Positions 27,104 through 40,800 of a stretch of 64,000 nt of DNA are shown here, piece by piece. Below the pieces are notes generated by a model, which saw only the letters and a program-made list of their open reading frames with translations, had not been told where the DNA came from and did not search any database. The DNA is from Spironucleus salmonicida (taxonomy: Eukaryota). The first letter of the stretch is position 1, and each line of letters starts with the position of its first letter. The DNA is taken from the NCBI RefSeq assembly GCF_000497125.1, contig NC_090598.1, positions 620,001 through 684,000 on the forward strand, read 5' to 3'. The position numbers and the translations under genes were made by a program.

Positions 27104-28436
27104 ATGAATAACTGTACTATTCCTAATTGCAAAGAATGCATGGAAATGCCTGACTCTGTGGAATGCATGGTATGCGAGGATGGTTACTTAATACTCGGTA
27201 CTTAATGCACTTCCGAATGCCCCGATTCACACTTTTAAAAAGAAGGTGTATGTACGTTATGTAATGTTCAACTGAGTGGTTGCAGTAGATGTGATATTAC
27301 AGGTTAAATCTGTAATACTTGCATAGAAGGCTTTGTCATAATTGAGTAGAAATGTGTTTGTAATCTTTAAAATTGCAAACTTTGCGACTTCTATATTGAA
27401 AATTAGTGTAAATAATGTAATCAATACTACTACCTTGACGAATTAAAAACTTGTGTTCATTGTAGTAACCTACCTAATTGTCTCGATTGTTAAAGTTCTC
27501 ATGTTTCTACACATTGTACGTAATGTTAACCAAAATATACATTGGACTAAACTGAGCAATGTGTTCCTTGTTCTACTATCATAAACTGCAAATAATGCTC
27601 TATATAATCTGAAGCATTAACATGCTCAGGCTGTGAGAGTGGTTTTTAGCTTAATAATAATGAATGTGAGAAAATGCCTGATAATTGTTCCGCTGTTACA
27701 GAATCGAATATATGCACCAAATGCAATGATGGATTCGCGCTGAACACCGCAAAGGCGTGCGGCGCCTGCGACGCGATCATCGACTTTGCGAGCCCGGCCT
27801 GCGCCTGCGGAGTTGCTGAGAACTGCGGGAACTGCGCAAGGACCTGGACGCGTGCGGGGCTGCCTCGGCAGCTTCGAGATGAAGGACGGCAAGTGCGTGC
27901 AGGGAGCGTGCGCTGTTGCGAACTGCGAGACGTGCCGGGACAGACCGGACTCCTGCATGGCGTGCGCGGGCGGGTTCCAGCTCACGATTCTGGACTCTTG
28001 TTAGGAGAGCTGCGCGGGGGTTGGCGAGAACGGGCAGTTCTGCAGGGCGGGCGCAGCAAGAGCTGCCGAGTGGGTCGCGTGCCCTGCGGACGCCACCGGG
28101 GTTGCGCAGATGCTCACGGACTGTATCTGCGGGAGTGCGGAGAACTGCGGGAACTGCAGTGCCGATGGCCAGTGCGGGGCGTGCCTGCCTGGGTACCAGC
28201 AGCGCAACGGGAGCTGCACCGAGTGTGCGGACGGCTTCCTTAGGTAGCCTTCCAACGGTCTTTGCGTGAAAAAGACAGAAGAAGCATCGAACAAGCTTTC
28301 CACGGGAGAAGTTGCAGGCATTGTCATCGGTGTGTTAGTTGTCGTTGGAGTAATTTCCGGTGTGGTGGTATTTTAGATGAAGAAGAAACATTCTACGGTG
28401 CTAACATCAGAGAAGGTAGCCCATTAAAACGATTGA
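27104..28436 (+). pseudogene. Chimeric CRMP with two 1-nt deletions (frameshifted, or assembly error)
   Basis: MNNCTIPNCKEC... AT-rich 5' half, then a GC-rich cassette 27722-28342 nearly identical to 11013-11635 but 2 nt shorter (single-base losses near 27837 and 27860). The ancestral frame ends with a TM segment, MKKKHS tail and TGA 28434-28436. Confidence 0.85.
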
Positions 28437-28515
28437 TAAATTAGAACTATTATATATTGAATCTACTTATATATAATATAGCCGTAGTATTTTGATATAT
28501 TATATTCTGCTATCA

Positions 28516-29520
28516 TCACTAATCCCTCACTACTCCAAATTTTTCATTTCCAAACGACACAACGCTCTAATGGTCACCTACAACGATCCCGAAACCAAGC
28601 ATTTTATCGAAATTGAATTCTGAGATTATATCATTTACACTCAAAATCGCTACATTTTCATTCCCTGAAACGCTCCAAACGACACCGTTTGCGGCCAGCA
28701 AAACGCAGTTTTCGCCCTTGCAAACTAGGCAAATATCACTACTTTGCGAGTGAAAAATAACGATCTAAGGACTCGAAAACGACGCAGTCAGCTTCGGAAT
28801 CGATACCAGACTTAAATTAACATTTTCCCAAGACTTAAAAAATTTGAAGGAGTGAAAAGTCGAAATTGAAGCAACTTTTCGCAATTCCATTTCTGCGCTA
28901 AAAATATAAATAAATGTCTGTGAAAGTGCATAAAAGTGCGTTTCTGAGTGTTCGAAGTTCAGAATCGGTTTTCCGTCGTAAAGTGGTATCTCGATTGTCT
29001 TGTTCCACTTCAATAACCAGAGCGAAAATCCATCAGAAACGACGACTTTTGGGGCTAATTTAACGATTTTAGGTTAAATTGCCAGCTAGTGAATTTCTAT
29101 ACTTTTAGAAGAAGGAGTGAAAAGTTGATTTTGAATTCTAAACAAAAAAGTGGAAAAAGAGTCGTAAACTTCGTCAACTTGAAGAGTATACGATTAGTCT
29201 TATACTTCCATATTTACAATTTGAGCAAAAACTCCGGATTTTACAAGCAGGAAAGGAGCAGAAAAATGGACAGATTCTATGGGAAAAGAAGTGCTTAAAG
29301 ATAAATTAGAGCCATTTTCGATGTCGAAAAGCGAGATTTCGCAGAGGTTTTGGGTGAAAAAAATCAGACGCCCATCTTGATATTTTGTGTGCTGAGAATG
29401 GGATTTTAGCCGGTGCAACAGTTAAGTTTCTAGATAAATATGGATGTGATCGTATAACTGCTCGATTTGGTACCGTTCTGCAGGAATTGATTTGTGGATA
29501 TTTTGGAATTTGGATAGCAT
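28516..29520 (-). CDS. Hypothetical protein, 334 aa, beta-strand-rich
   Basis: ATG 29520 to TGA 28516 in code 6, joining track ORFs 29200-29418 and 28765-29013. Divergent from the SWR1-like gene, 115 bp apart. Confidence 0.8.
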
Positions 29521-29635
29521 TTTTAAATAGCTCTTTTATAATATATAATATTATTTTAGTATATATGAAGTTAAAACATATATTATTATTATTATATATT
29601 GGTATATGTATTATTTTTACCATTCCTCAAGCAAA

Positions 29636-32600
29636 ATGAAAAAACGAGGAAGACCCAGTAAGAAATAAGTAGCCGAATCTAAAGCAAACGCTTAAGAATA
29701 AATATAAAACAACTATTAAATAGTTTAAATTGTTGTAAATGATAGATTTTTGACACCTACCAATTATCCTTTGCTTATTCATGCTACACCATAAATTAAA
29801 GTGCTTCGTGCTAAGTTAAATCCAAATACAGGATTTCATCAAAATACTACTCCAGAAGACTTTTAAAAAATTGTTTAAGTCAGTTATTAGTAAAATTTTA
29901 ATTCATTCTTGTAGGCTAATATACTTCATCGTAGAAAATAAATTTTACAGGAATATGAGTATAAATAGGCAGTATTTAAGCTTATAGCGACACAACTACT
30001 ACCAATCTAATAAAAAATTTAGCTTTAAGCTCTCAAAAGCCATGCAATTTAGCGACCAGAATATCCGTTACTACAAGAGATAAAACAAATAAGATAATTA
30101 CTATATAATTCAGGAAAACGCTTAAAATAACTATAAAATGAAGAAAAATAGGCGTTGCACCATTAAAAAATGCGCAAAGTCAAAATTAACTTTGTTTTGT
30201 AATAAACACAGCTTATGTGCACATAAATCACAAACTAGTTAAGCTTACTTGACAAATCACCACCAAAACTGCTTTCACAACTAGAAGGTACCTTGAGGCC
30301 GTATCAAATCAATGGATTTAATTTCTTATTATCTTGCACCTTGCTTGGTTTCAATGCAATTTTAGCAGACGATTTGGGTCTCGGAAAGTCCTTGCAAACG
30401 ATCGCACTATTAGCAAAACTTTGTGAATACGGCATATACGGTCCGCATTTGATTATCGTCCCGTCAACGCTCCTTTATAACTGGGAAAATGAGTTCAAAA
30501 AGTGGTTTCCAGCCTGTAACGTTCTGGTATATTTTGGATCAAAATAAGACCGAGATAAGCTCAGATAGGGCTGGAGTTACGAAAAGAAGTTCAGTGTGCT
30601 CATTACGAGCTACAATATCGCCGTTTCCGACTGTCAGATCCTTAAAAGACGTCAATTTTACTTCCTGATCATGGACGAGGCCCATTTGATCAGAAACTCG
30701 ACTTCCAGAGCCTGGAACGTCTTAATTTCTTTCAATTCGGTCCAGAAGCTGCTAATTTCGGGCACACCAATTAGTAACTCTGCCAGCGACATCTGGTCGC
30801 TCCTGCACTTCGTTCTACCAGGATTTTTCGCCTCAAAAGTCGAGTTCCTGAAGCTCTTCGCACGCGACGTCGAGCGGATGGCAGACGGTGAATTGGGCGT
30901 TAGCCAGAAACTCATTAGGAGCATCCACTCGCTATTGCGGCCTTTCATGCTCCGGAGGCTCAAAAGTGAAGTGGAAAGCGAGCTGCCCGCAAAGCGCGAA
31001 TACATCATCCCCTGCCCGCTGAGCAGACGGCAGCTCTACCTGTACAGCGAGTACATGCAGAACGGCGATCAAAACAACTATTTATAGGTCGTGAATGTAC
31101 TCACACAGCTGCGCAAAATATGCAATCACCCGATTTTGGTTGAGGAGCAGAGCGCCATGAGCGGGTTCGTTTTCGAGGGCGTTTACTAGTAGCATAATTT
31201 GGGATACTTGAAAATCACGCACCATATTTACAAATGGGACTCTGAACTAATTTACAAGCGCAGCAACGGTTTCTGGAACAATTTTGGCACGTTTTTGCCA
31301 AAATCGATGCGCTAGACCCAATTTGTGACATGTAGCGGCTGCCAGAAGCCCGAAATCAACAAAAACGACAACAAATTCGCAAAAATGAGAGCCTGCAAAG
31401 TCGACTTGGAAAGCCTCTTTTAAGAGGTCGATGACAGCGCGAAAAAGGCCAGAAAGGTGCTCGTAGCGGGCCTGGATTTTGAATTTGCGACGCAAAATTC
31501 GTACCAGCTGAACGTTCTGAAAGCGTATAAAATGATGCGAAATTACGTCTAAAAACAGCATTTTTGCGGCTCATGCGTCCACAGCAGCCAGCAGGATACG
31601 AACAATGTGAACATGCAAAAGAGCTAGATTCCAGGCTTAAATTAGTTGTTTTTCGAGCAGGAGCCGTTTTTCGGCAACATTTCGGCGTTCAAGACGACTA
31701 GATCCGCGCACCTCCTCAAGGTGCTGAGTTCCGACGCCTTTTTAGCGCGCGGATGCGCGTTTTCGATGTCGTCGAATCTCGCGATTTCGTACGTTTTTGA
31801 AGCGGAAACTTTGGTAAAATTTCGTGATTTTGAGGACTTCAAGTTCCTGATGTCGTAAGAACATTCTTATAGTTACGATAGTAATTTGGAGCGGAAAACT
31901 CAGCAAATGCAATCTGACGAAATGCTCAAAATTTAGCATAGGAGGAGTGTGATATAAGCCCTCCATCGGCCGTTTTTTGATTTCTAGGCCTTTTTGGCGG
32001 TTTTTGATGCAAGAATTGTTCTGCAGCTTTCCAGATTTTCTTAGGCAATGAAAAGGGCGTTTTTGGGAACTGAAATTTTCAGAGATGCTGCGTGTGGTTT
32101 GACGAGTATTTTGGAACTGATATAAGGGTTGCGGGCTGACTATGCATAATTTGAGATTTTGGTTGAAAACGCACTTCTACCGCTTAATCGTACAGTTCCA
32201 AGCACGCCGAGTCCTGCAGGCTAATGGCGTAGCGGAAATTATCTATTAAATGAAATTTTTACAATCTAAGAACAGGATAGATTGAAATGTGAAAGAGAGT
32301 TTGGTATTCCATTCCCAAATCCAGTTTTTTACAATCATTCTAAAATTTAGACATTGAAATGGAAATTTAATTTGAAATTAATGCGAAATAATTAGATCGC
32401 TCACATTTAGTTTTATAATAATACGCGAAATAATAATGTTTCATAAATAGTCAATAGTTTGTTAACACCTAAAGCAGACGTTATTGATCAAAATAACTTG
32501 TAATCGAAAATACCGCTACCAGATTAGGACGAAATATTGCAGTTGGACAGTTTTGATATTCAGACTAAACTGCAATACGTTAAAAATTAGTTAAAAGTAA

Positions 32601-34171
32601 CATCGTCAGTGGATAAACAATAATATAAGAAATAATAGCTATTTAGAATTTAAAAACCACCTGAAAATTCTGTCAATTTAGGTCGAGTGTTGCTACATCT
32701 AACAGTTCCTGAACTGAATTATTTTTCGATGGTCAATGCATTTATACCTTAGTAAACTATGTTTAAATAACCTTACTGTATACTTCTTGTTGAATCGGGA
32801 TCACAGTGTAGTGCTATTGCGGATTATTCTTTCCCAAACGCCCCAAATTCATACTCTTTTAATGATCATACATTCACGTTTAAAAAAATATCACCAACTG
32901 AATTATTTACAGATTAGAATCTGTATTTGGTTGCAGAAACAGCATGTTATGCAGACTTAGATGAATTATAAAATATTATTTATAGACCTCGTGTGCTAAC
33001 TAGAGCAAATCAGAAGGATTAGTTTATATAAAAATCAAGCTTAAACAAGTTTTTATAATTTCCTTCCCCTAGAGATTTAATTACAGATTCTGGAAAATTA
33101 ACAGTTTTAAGGTAATTACTATTAAAATTACATAAATAATAATCTAAATGTTTGATATTCACACAGTAGACCAAATTTCTAGATATACTAGAGACTTTTC
33201 TTTCTTCTCTAGCACTATCATTTTACAGAATGGATGGAACTACCCCACCTAAACAAAGATAACTTTTAGTTGATAAGTTTAATGCTTTTCCACAAATATT
33301 TGCTTTTATTATGACTACAAGAACAGGTGGTATAGGTTTAAACCTAACTGGCGCAGATAGTGTTATATTTGTTGATACGGACTGGAATCCTTAAGTCCAC
33401 TAGTAAGCAACGGACCGTGTGCATAGAATCAATTAGGTAAAAGAGGTGTCAGTGTATACACTAGTAAGTGAATTCACAGTAGAAGAAAATATTGTAAGAC
33501 GTGCAACTTAAAAGAAAAATTTAGATAAAATAATACTAAGAAATGGTGCATTTGTTCCTCAATTTTTTGAAGAAAATGATGAATTTCGTAAATAAATAGA
33601 TCGACGTAATGAAGTTAAGGAACGTTAGATTTAATTAGTTTATACCAGCCTTGTTAGCTAAAAATCAGCGTAGAATAGGCTTAGCGATGTTTTAGAGGCC
33701 TTCTGTGACGACGATGATAAAGAGGCTAAAGAAAATCTCCTAAATGAATAACTAGGAGATTTTGAGATCGAAAAAAATGATGAGGTTGAAGTAGTAGAAA
33801 CTGGTAAACAATTAATGGAACAAGTTGAAATATTTACGGCTATTGAATAAGCTCCTCCGTGCTATCTGCGATTTTTTGAAGAAGGATATGACGCTGAAGC
33901 AGATGTGCATATTGAAAAGGATGAACGGGTAGAAATTTTTGGATTCCGGTAAGAGAAAAATGTTATGCTCAAAGATCGTGATTTGAAGCCTTTCCAACAT
34001 TATGATGTTGATTTTGCAGGTTTTACAGATATAAAAGCAGATCTCGAGAAATATGCCGAAGAAGAGATGGAGAAGGATGTCGCGCTGATTAGCTAGGATG
34101 TTAAAACAGTACGCCATAAAACTAGAAAGCTAGAGGTTGTAGTACGTGCTAAGCAGACATTTTTGTAGTGA
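29636..34171 (+). CDS. SWR1: SWR1/SRCAP/INO80-class Snf2 chromatin-remodelling ATPase with split ATPase domain, about 1511 aa
   Basis: LRPYQ...[79 protein letters not shown], a long insertion, then [41 protein letters not shown]-terminal KRGRP AT-hook. Frame is consistent at start, checked internal segments and end; not every codon of the insertion was read. Confidence 0.88.
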
Positions 34172-34199
34172 TGTATTAATAACAATAATAAGAATATCT

Positions 34200-35447
34200 T
34201 CAGTTGCTAAGCTCCGAAACGTTAAGAGGAGTCTCGGCTTTTTCCAATTTTCTCTTCTTATACACCATAACTGCTCCTATGCATGCACACACTATTAAAA
34301 TTACCACAACCACTATGCCAATAATAGCTCCTGCTGTGAATCCGTCTTTCGGCTAATCTGGAGAGCTAGTGCGGGCACATAATCCATTAGAAGGCTACCT
34401 AAGGAAGCCGTCCGCACACTCGGTGCAGCTCCCGTTGCGCTGCTGGTACCCAGGCAGGCACGCCCCGCACTGGCCATCGGCACTGCAGTTCCCGCAGTTC
34501 TCCGCACTCCCGCAGATACAGTCCGTGAGCATCTGCGCAACCCCGGTGGCGTCCGCAGGGCACGCGACCCACTCGGCAGCTCTTGCTGCGCCCGCCCTGC
34601 AGAACTGCCCGTTCTCGCCAACCCCCGCGCAGCTCTCCTAACAAGAGTCCAGAATCGTGAGCTGGAACCCGCCCGCGCACGCCATGCAGGAGTCCGGTCT
34701 GTCCCGGCACGTCCCGCAGTTCGCAACAGCGCACGCTCCCTGCACGCACTTGCCGTCCTTCATCTCGAAGCTGCCGAGGCACGCCCCGCACGCGTCCAGG
34801 TCCTTGGCGCAGTTCCCGCAGTTCTCAGCAACTCCGCAGGCGCAGGCCGGGCTCGCAAAGTCGATGATCGCGTCGCAGGTGCCGCACGCATTTGCGGTGT
34901 TCAGCGCGAATCCATCATTGCACTTTTCGCACGTGTTCGATTCGGTCACAACCGCGCAGTTTGGCGTCACCGGAACGCACTATTAGCCTTGCAAAAAGAA
35001 CTTCTTCTGGCACTTCGTGCAGGCGGCTGTGCTGTGGCTCTGGGCGCACTCGGCGCAGTTCGGGAGCGTTGTGCACGAAATGCAGAGCTTCTGGATGTTG
35101 AGGAAATGCGTCGGGGAAACGCACATTTTGCACTGGTTCGGTACGGCCGGATCGCATTCCTAGCAGTTTGGGAGGTTGCACTTGCAGGAACCAGCGGCGA
35201 GCGTGAAGTTTTCGAAGCATTCTGTGCATTTCAAATGTTGACTTGTTATATCGGCCTGCGTGCACTGAATGCACCCTGGGGATCCGCCTGAGCAGGGGAC
35301 GCATACTGCGTACTCGTTGGCATACTGGGTTTCTGGGCATTTCGTAACACATTTATTGTTATCTAGTATGTAGCCTGGGCTGCAATTGAAGCACTCGTCA
35401 GGCCCCATCTGGCAGTCGTTGCAGTTAGGATCAGTGCAATTAGACAT
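34200..35447 (-). CDS. Cysteine-rich membrane protein, 415 aa
   Basis: MSNCTDPNCNDC..., CxxC repeats, cassette 34390-34981 nearly identical to 10954-11545, own TM GAIIGIVVVVILIVCACIGAVMVY and KKRK tail. Convergent with SWR1, 28 bp between the stops. Confidence 0.92.
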
Positions 35448-36977
35448 TTTGTGGAGTGGAAATATAAATACGTGTTAATATATAATTAAACAAAATGTTG
35501 CTTAATGAGAAAAGACGAATTGAATAATAAGGGGAACTTTCGTGTTAGTATTGATGCAGGGTATTATGGTTGAGGCAATGATAATAAAAGTGGACGGTAG
35601 TTAATTAATCTATACTAGTAGAGTGCTTTTTAGCTTAAGCTAATAATGTGGGCTGAGATGATGGCAGAATAATAAACTTATTCGTGCATAGAGTCAAAAG
35701 ACATAATAGTGTTTAAACAAAATATAATATATGTTGAAATATTTATTAGTACTTTATGTAACTTGTAGGGCAGCTCCTCTCAAAAATATAGACTTAAATT
35801 ATCTAGATGAAATTAATATAAAGCACGTTACACATATAAACATTTATTAATTAATCTAATAATGAAAAATTAGAAATTACATGGTATTTTCGTTTTTTAG
35901 TGCAAGTTACGATTGCATTTATTGATAACAATTATTTGCTATAACTACAGGCAACTATACATCGAGTTAACCTTACCAGTTAAATATTTACTATCATAAA
36001 ATTTAACCTCTAGAATGTACTCTCTATGTAATTTCAGCTTGGGAAAGGATATTGAATAATGCATAATGGAATATGCACTGTAGGTCTCAAGCTAGGTAAG
36101 GGTCAAAACAATTTTATGGAATAAGCAGTCATTGCATACACACTTAAAAACTTAATGCGAGATATAACTAGCTTATCATATCGTAACTTGCTTGCATATT
36201 ACCATGAAAGTAAGATTAGCTTCTATTTTTATTATAATAACCATCTCTAATTTACACGGCAGGAATTGGTTAAAATTACTAATTACTCTTTATAATTGAT
36301 TGCTCAATTTCTAGATAGATCGAATATCTCACGACGCTTCTATCGAAAGGACAAATACTTAAACACTAGTAGCTAAAAATTATTATAACCCTATTAATTA
36401 TTTTACACAATAGGAAAGTAATGAGGCGCAATATATGAGAATAATGTCAATCATTATATACTGAACCTTTAACTTGCTGAAGTACTATCACTTTTTTTGT
36501 GTTCTATAGTATGTGCAATACTATTATTCTAAGCAGCTGAAAGCAAAACTCTAAACTGTTGAAAGAATATTAATATTATCAATATTGCTCTTTTTGCTTT
36601 GAGTTATACTCCTCAATTCGGAAGTATCGATTGTTACCATGCTACGTGTATTCTCGGAATCATATTTTCAAATTGTACGAGATTCCTTCAGCTAAGCGGT
36701 TACCGCTAATCCTAAATACAAAATAGCAGTAGTATTCCTTCTTATTATTCTAACAACAGTTCACTTAGGAAATACAACACTGCCACACCAGACTTAACCT
36801 GGGCATGTAATATCTGTTCTGGCACCATAATATTGTTACTCCATCGCAAATACTGCGTGCCTTGCCAAATACGGCACATACATTTTTACTGCGGTATTTA
36901 TCTTCAATAGGATAAATTTATCTGCATAGTAAACAGCCCATAGTTTAACTCGTTCTTTTAGCCAATTTTTCATTATC

Positions 36978-37409
36978 ATGCTTTTAATCTTCAGCTAAAG
37001 TATTGTTAATGATGCCAGTCACCTCAAATGCCGCATCTAATCTCTCACTTGGATTTTGACGTTAGATCACTAAATCGAAGCGGATATGCAAACCATCATT
37101 TTATCTTCCAGTGCTCCTATTTACTATCTGTACAAACCAATTTATATTTTCTCGCAAATCCAGATTCCTTTCACGATCTCTTCTGTTCATTAAATTCTGC
37201 CCAAAACATGTCATCGCGACAGAAAATGCCAAATCACTATTATCGAGTGCTAAACCTAACTTTCTCACTTACTTTGCACAAAATACAATACCAATTTTGT
37301 AGAATTTCCATATGATGTAAATATATCCCAGTAACTAAAAATGCTGCATCCTGCGGTTCTTGATCTGGAACGTTGCTGTGGAATTCGCAAATTTAGCGGC
37401 CAGCTCTGA
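36978..37409 (+). CDS. Possible hypothetical protein, 143 aa
   Basis: TGA-free code-6 frame starting MLLIFSQSIVND. No motif recognised; lies in an unexplained mid-GC region. Confidence 0.25.
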
Positions 37410-37774
37410 TGCAGAATTTAGCAAGATTTGATACTTTGAAAGGGTGCTTTTGATTTGATATAGTCGGTACATTCGCCTCGTTTCGCGAGTAAAATGAACC
37501 AGATATAAACTAGTTTGCTTGTGAGCTAGCTGGGTACTATACTGGGGTATTTCTTGATTTTAGCAGTTGCGATATGATAGAGGTTTCAAATAGATTGGAG
37601 CCTTAAAAGAGCGTGATATTGTGATGTTCCTATACAGTATAAAGTAAATCGGTGCAATACATTCTTAAAGAGGAGTTAGAAGGATGGGACTCAGTACTTT
37701 TATAGGAACCGCGCTGTGGATGCTGGACTAACTAGCGTTTGGGTACTAGGAAAAATTTATATGGATAACAATCG

Positions 37775-39355
37775 TCACTTGTTCTAGGTCTTTGTTTTCT
37801 TAATTTCAACTTAAAATTTGATAATTAAGTATACAAATGCAAATGCCAGACTGGACACTAAGAATATCCAACCTTCCCAAAATTACTCGGCTTCTATTAA
37901 ACCATCAATTTGCTTTATTACAAATTAATGTTCTAAAATGTATGCGATTCCAAAATAATCATAAAAACTAATCTAATTTATTAGAAGCTCCGTAGGGTCA
38001 TCTATGCGGTAGCAATAGACATTATCCACTGAGGGGTATTAAAAGTTTTCATTTTCTATAATGTCAATTAGTGTTTTCTAGAAGTGTTGAATACTTTTAG
38101 AAAGTTTAATATCAATCTACACAAATTTACTACTAGATAATATTTAATAGGGTAATTTTAAGCATAGCATGTTGCGATATAAGACGGCAGTGGCTTCTCC
38201 ACCAGGTATTATCGTCGAAGCAAATATATAAGAACCAGCGTAGGATTTGTCTTCATTATATACCTTGTAGATAACGCTTAACGATACATGGTTTATATAT
38301 TTAGATACTTATATTAGCGCATTTTAACAGTCCTCCATACTGCCGTAATCCGATATCTCCCATGTACTGCATGTAACATAATCATCTAACTCAAAAGGTG
38401 TACTCACATAAAATTAAATTTGGAATGTGTACCCTCTATTATCTTGAGCTACAATCCAATACTATTTATCGAAATACTCTTAAAATGGGCATTCAGTTTT
38501 TTTAGTTTAAATTATGTGAATAACGTTATCAGAAAATGATAGCTAGGAGGAGCTTATACAATCGCCATCGGTAACTCTATCTTATATCTGAATGCTAAAT
38601 ACTAGGTTAAATGGAATTTCAATTGATATATTTTTTTCGTTTCCGTATGAATCGGTATACACATTTTAAGTATTAATCTTATTCGGAATTACCAAGTAAA
38701 GCTAGTAATCTAAAAAATTGCTCGAAGAAATCGTGACGCTAGCATTTTTACATTACCTATTTTCTACATCTGTTCCACTTGCACAATCCATCCCTTATAG
38801 TACCAATTTCGTGAAATCAAATTTGTCCTATTTAATTGTTTTGCTATAAAGTAGTTGACCAGCTATTAATGAGAGGTATTAAGGATCTCCGGTTGTTCCT
38901 ATTATGCAACTTGGGTTAATTTGAATTATGGGCAGTATTTACGAATACGTTATAAATTCAAGTACTGGGTGATAGATGCATTCGTTATAGTTGTAATATG
39001 TGGTGATAAGCTGACCTACTGCTCCACTTTAAATCAGGTTATCATTCAGAAAACTGATTGTGTACTGGGCCAATACAAATTTAGCAGCAGAAGCGGCATT
39101 TTTGCCGCCTTGGGGATATAACGTTATATTAGCAGCAATAAATGCGTTGTAGAACGTAAAGTTGGATCTGAAGGATACGGAGCCAACTTGCACATCGTAT
39201 ACAGCAGTTTAGTTGGTTTGAGCCATACATGTTTATAATTCACTGTATGCAAGGCCGTATGCGGGAGTAGTCATTAGGACCGCCTGATTGGTCTGTGGGT
39301 TTATAATAACACTAGAGGAGGGCATCTGGCAAGTAAAAAATAGCATGATGATCAT
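37775..39355 (-). CDS. Uncharacterised type I membrane protein, 526 aa
   Basis: Continuous code-6 ORF. Short hydrophobic N-terminus MIIMLFFTC, spaced cysteines, several NxS/T sites, C-terminal TM GWIFLVSSLAFAFVYLII and a basic tail. Confidence 0.87.
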
Positions 39356-40227
39356 TTTTACAAGTGAGAATTATAAAAGTACCTGATATATTTATTAAAT
39401 GTAACTTTTTAAACTGATGTTTTTAGTTATATTGATTTAATAATATCATGCAAATATTAGTCTATCTATTTATTGAATGATATTAAATCATATTATTATT
39501 TATATGTTATTGTCTTTTAAATGTTTCGTAAAATTTCTGTATCAATTAAATTAAGTATAGAAATATAAATAAAGAAAAAATATTATGAAATACAGGCATT
39601 CAATTAATATTATTAGTTTAAACGTTTGAGATAATAAGGTTTTTAATCATTAACAAAAATAAATTTCGTCGTATTTTGTTTTTCATTCATATAAATTAAA
39701 TAATTTTATTTGGCCGGTTAAATTTTTAAATTATAATAAAAAGCAATGATAACAATTCAAATTTAAGCAGTAAAAGAATTTTGTTAAAACAATATCATAA
39801 AATGAAACCTTTTATTATAATAAATAACTGAATATTATATTATTGAGTTTTTAGTTTTATAATTATTAAATATTGCAAATATATAAATTAAATTACTTTC
39901 ATAAAACGATGATTGTATTAAACTATTTAAGACAAATAATAATGTATAAATAAGACATATTTAGATTTTAGGGAGCACCTTAATAGGAATTAAATTAAGA
40001 GTCTAAACACGCAATGTTTAAAATATATCTCTCTTAAATGAACATCAAAGTTATATTATATTTATGTAGTGAGTAGTAGTAAGTTTAACATGTAAATATA
40101 AATATTTTAAAATATGAATATTAACACTTTATAATTATCCTTACGCTTTCTGTGATACTGTTATGTGAGCAAGTATCCTCGAAGCAGCCACAGCAGGTGC
40201 AGCAAACATTCAATACACTCAAAACCG

Positions 40228-40614
40228 TCACTGCAATACGATCATCCGCCATCCGACCATGCAAGCAACGACCCAACCGACTAGAACGTACGAGCTCAGA
40301 TGCATGAGCAGGCCCGCCAACACGACACTGCAGCGATCGAGGCGTTCGGCGCCATAGCAGGACACGCAGCAGAGCAACCCGAACCCGGGAACAGCCATGG
40401 TCAGCAAGCCGGCCTCCTTCTGGCACCTCTGGTACCTCGGGGGTGCGCAGCTGCAGAATATGCCCCTCACCGACAGGACCTCGCCCATCCCTGCCGCAAC
40501 GGTCTGCGCGCTCCCGGACGCCCATCCGCTGTACGAGGAGCAGGCGCCGGCGTCGTCAGGTTGCAGCTGGAAATCAGGCGGTGGTAAGCTGGGCAGCTGG
40601 GGTTGGCCGTCCAT
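40228..40614 (-). CDS. Second copy of the small Spec3/Stum-like membrane protein
   Basis: Translation identical to 25494-25880. Confidence 0.7.
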   Translation of the reverse strand: MDGQPQLPSLPPPDFQLQPDDAGACSSYSGWASGSAQTVAAGMGEVLSVRGIFCSCAPPRYQRCQKEAGLLTMAVPGFGLLCCVSCYGAERLDRCSVVLAGLLMHLSSYVLVGWVVACMVGWRMIVLQ

Positions 40615-40800
40615 TTTATTGGGATTATTTGTAATGTATTATATCCTTTTCAAGTGGGTATATTCGAGGCAACCGCTCTTTATAACGGAAAGGAATATAA
40701 CCATAGTTATTATACCCTTGCCGGGCGTTTCCACCCTGGCCTAGAATGGGCCCGCTGGCGAGTTGAGTTTGTCTCTCTGAAGCTTATGCCAGTAACACCA

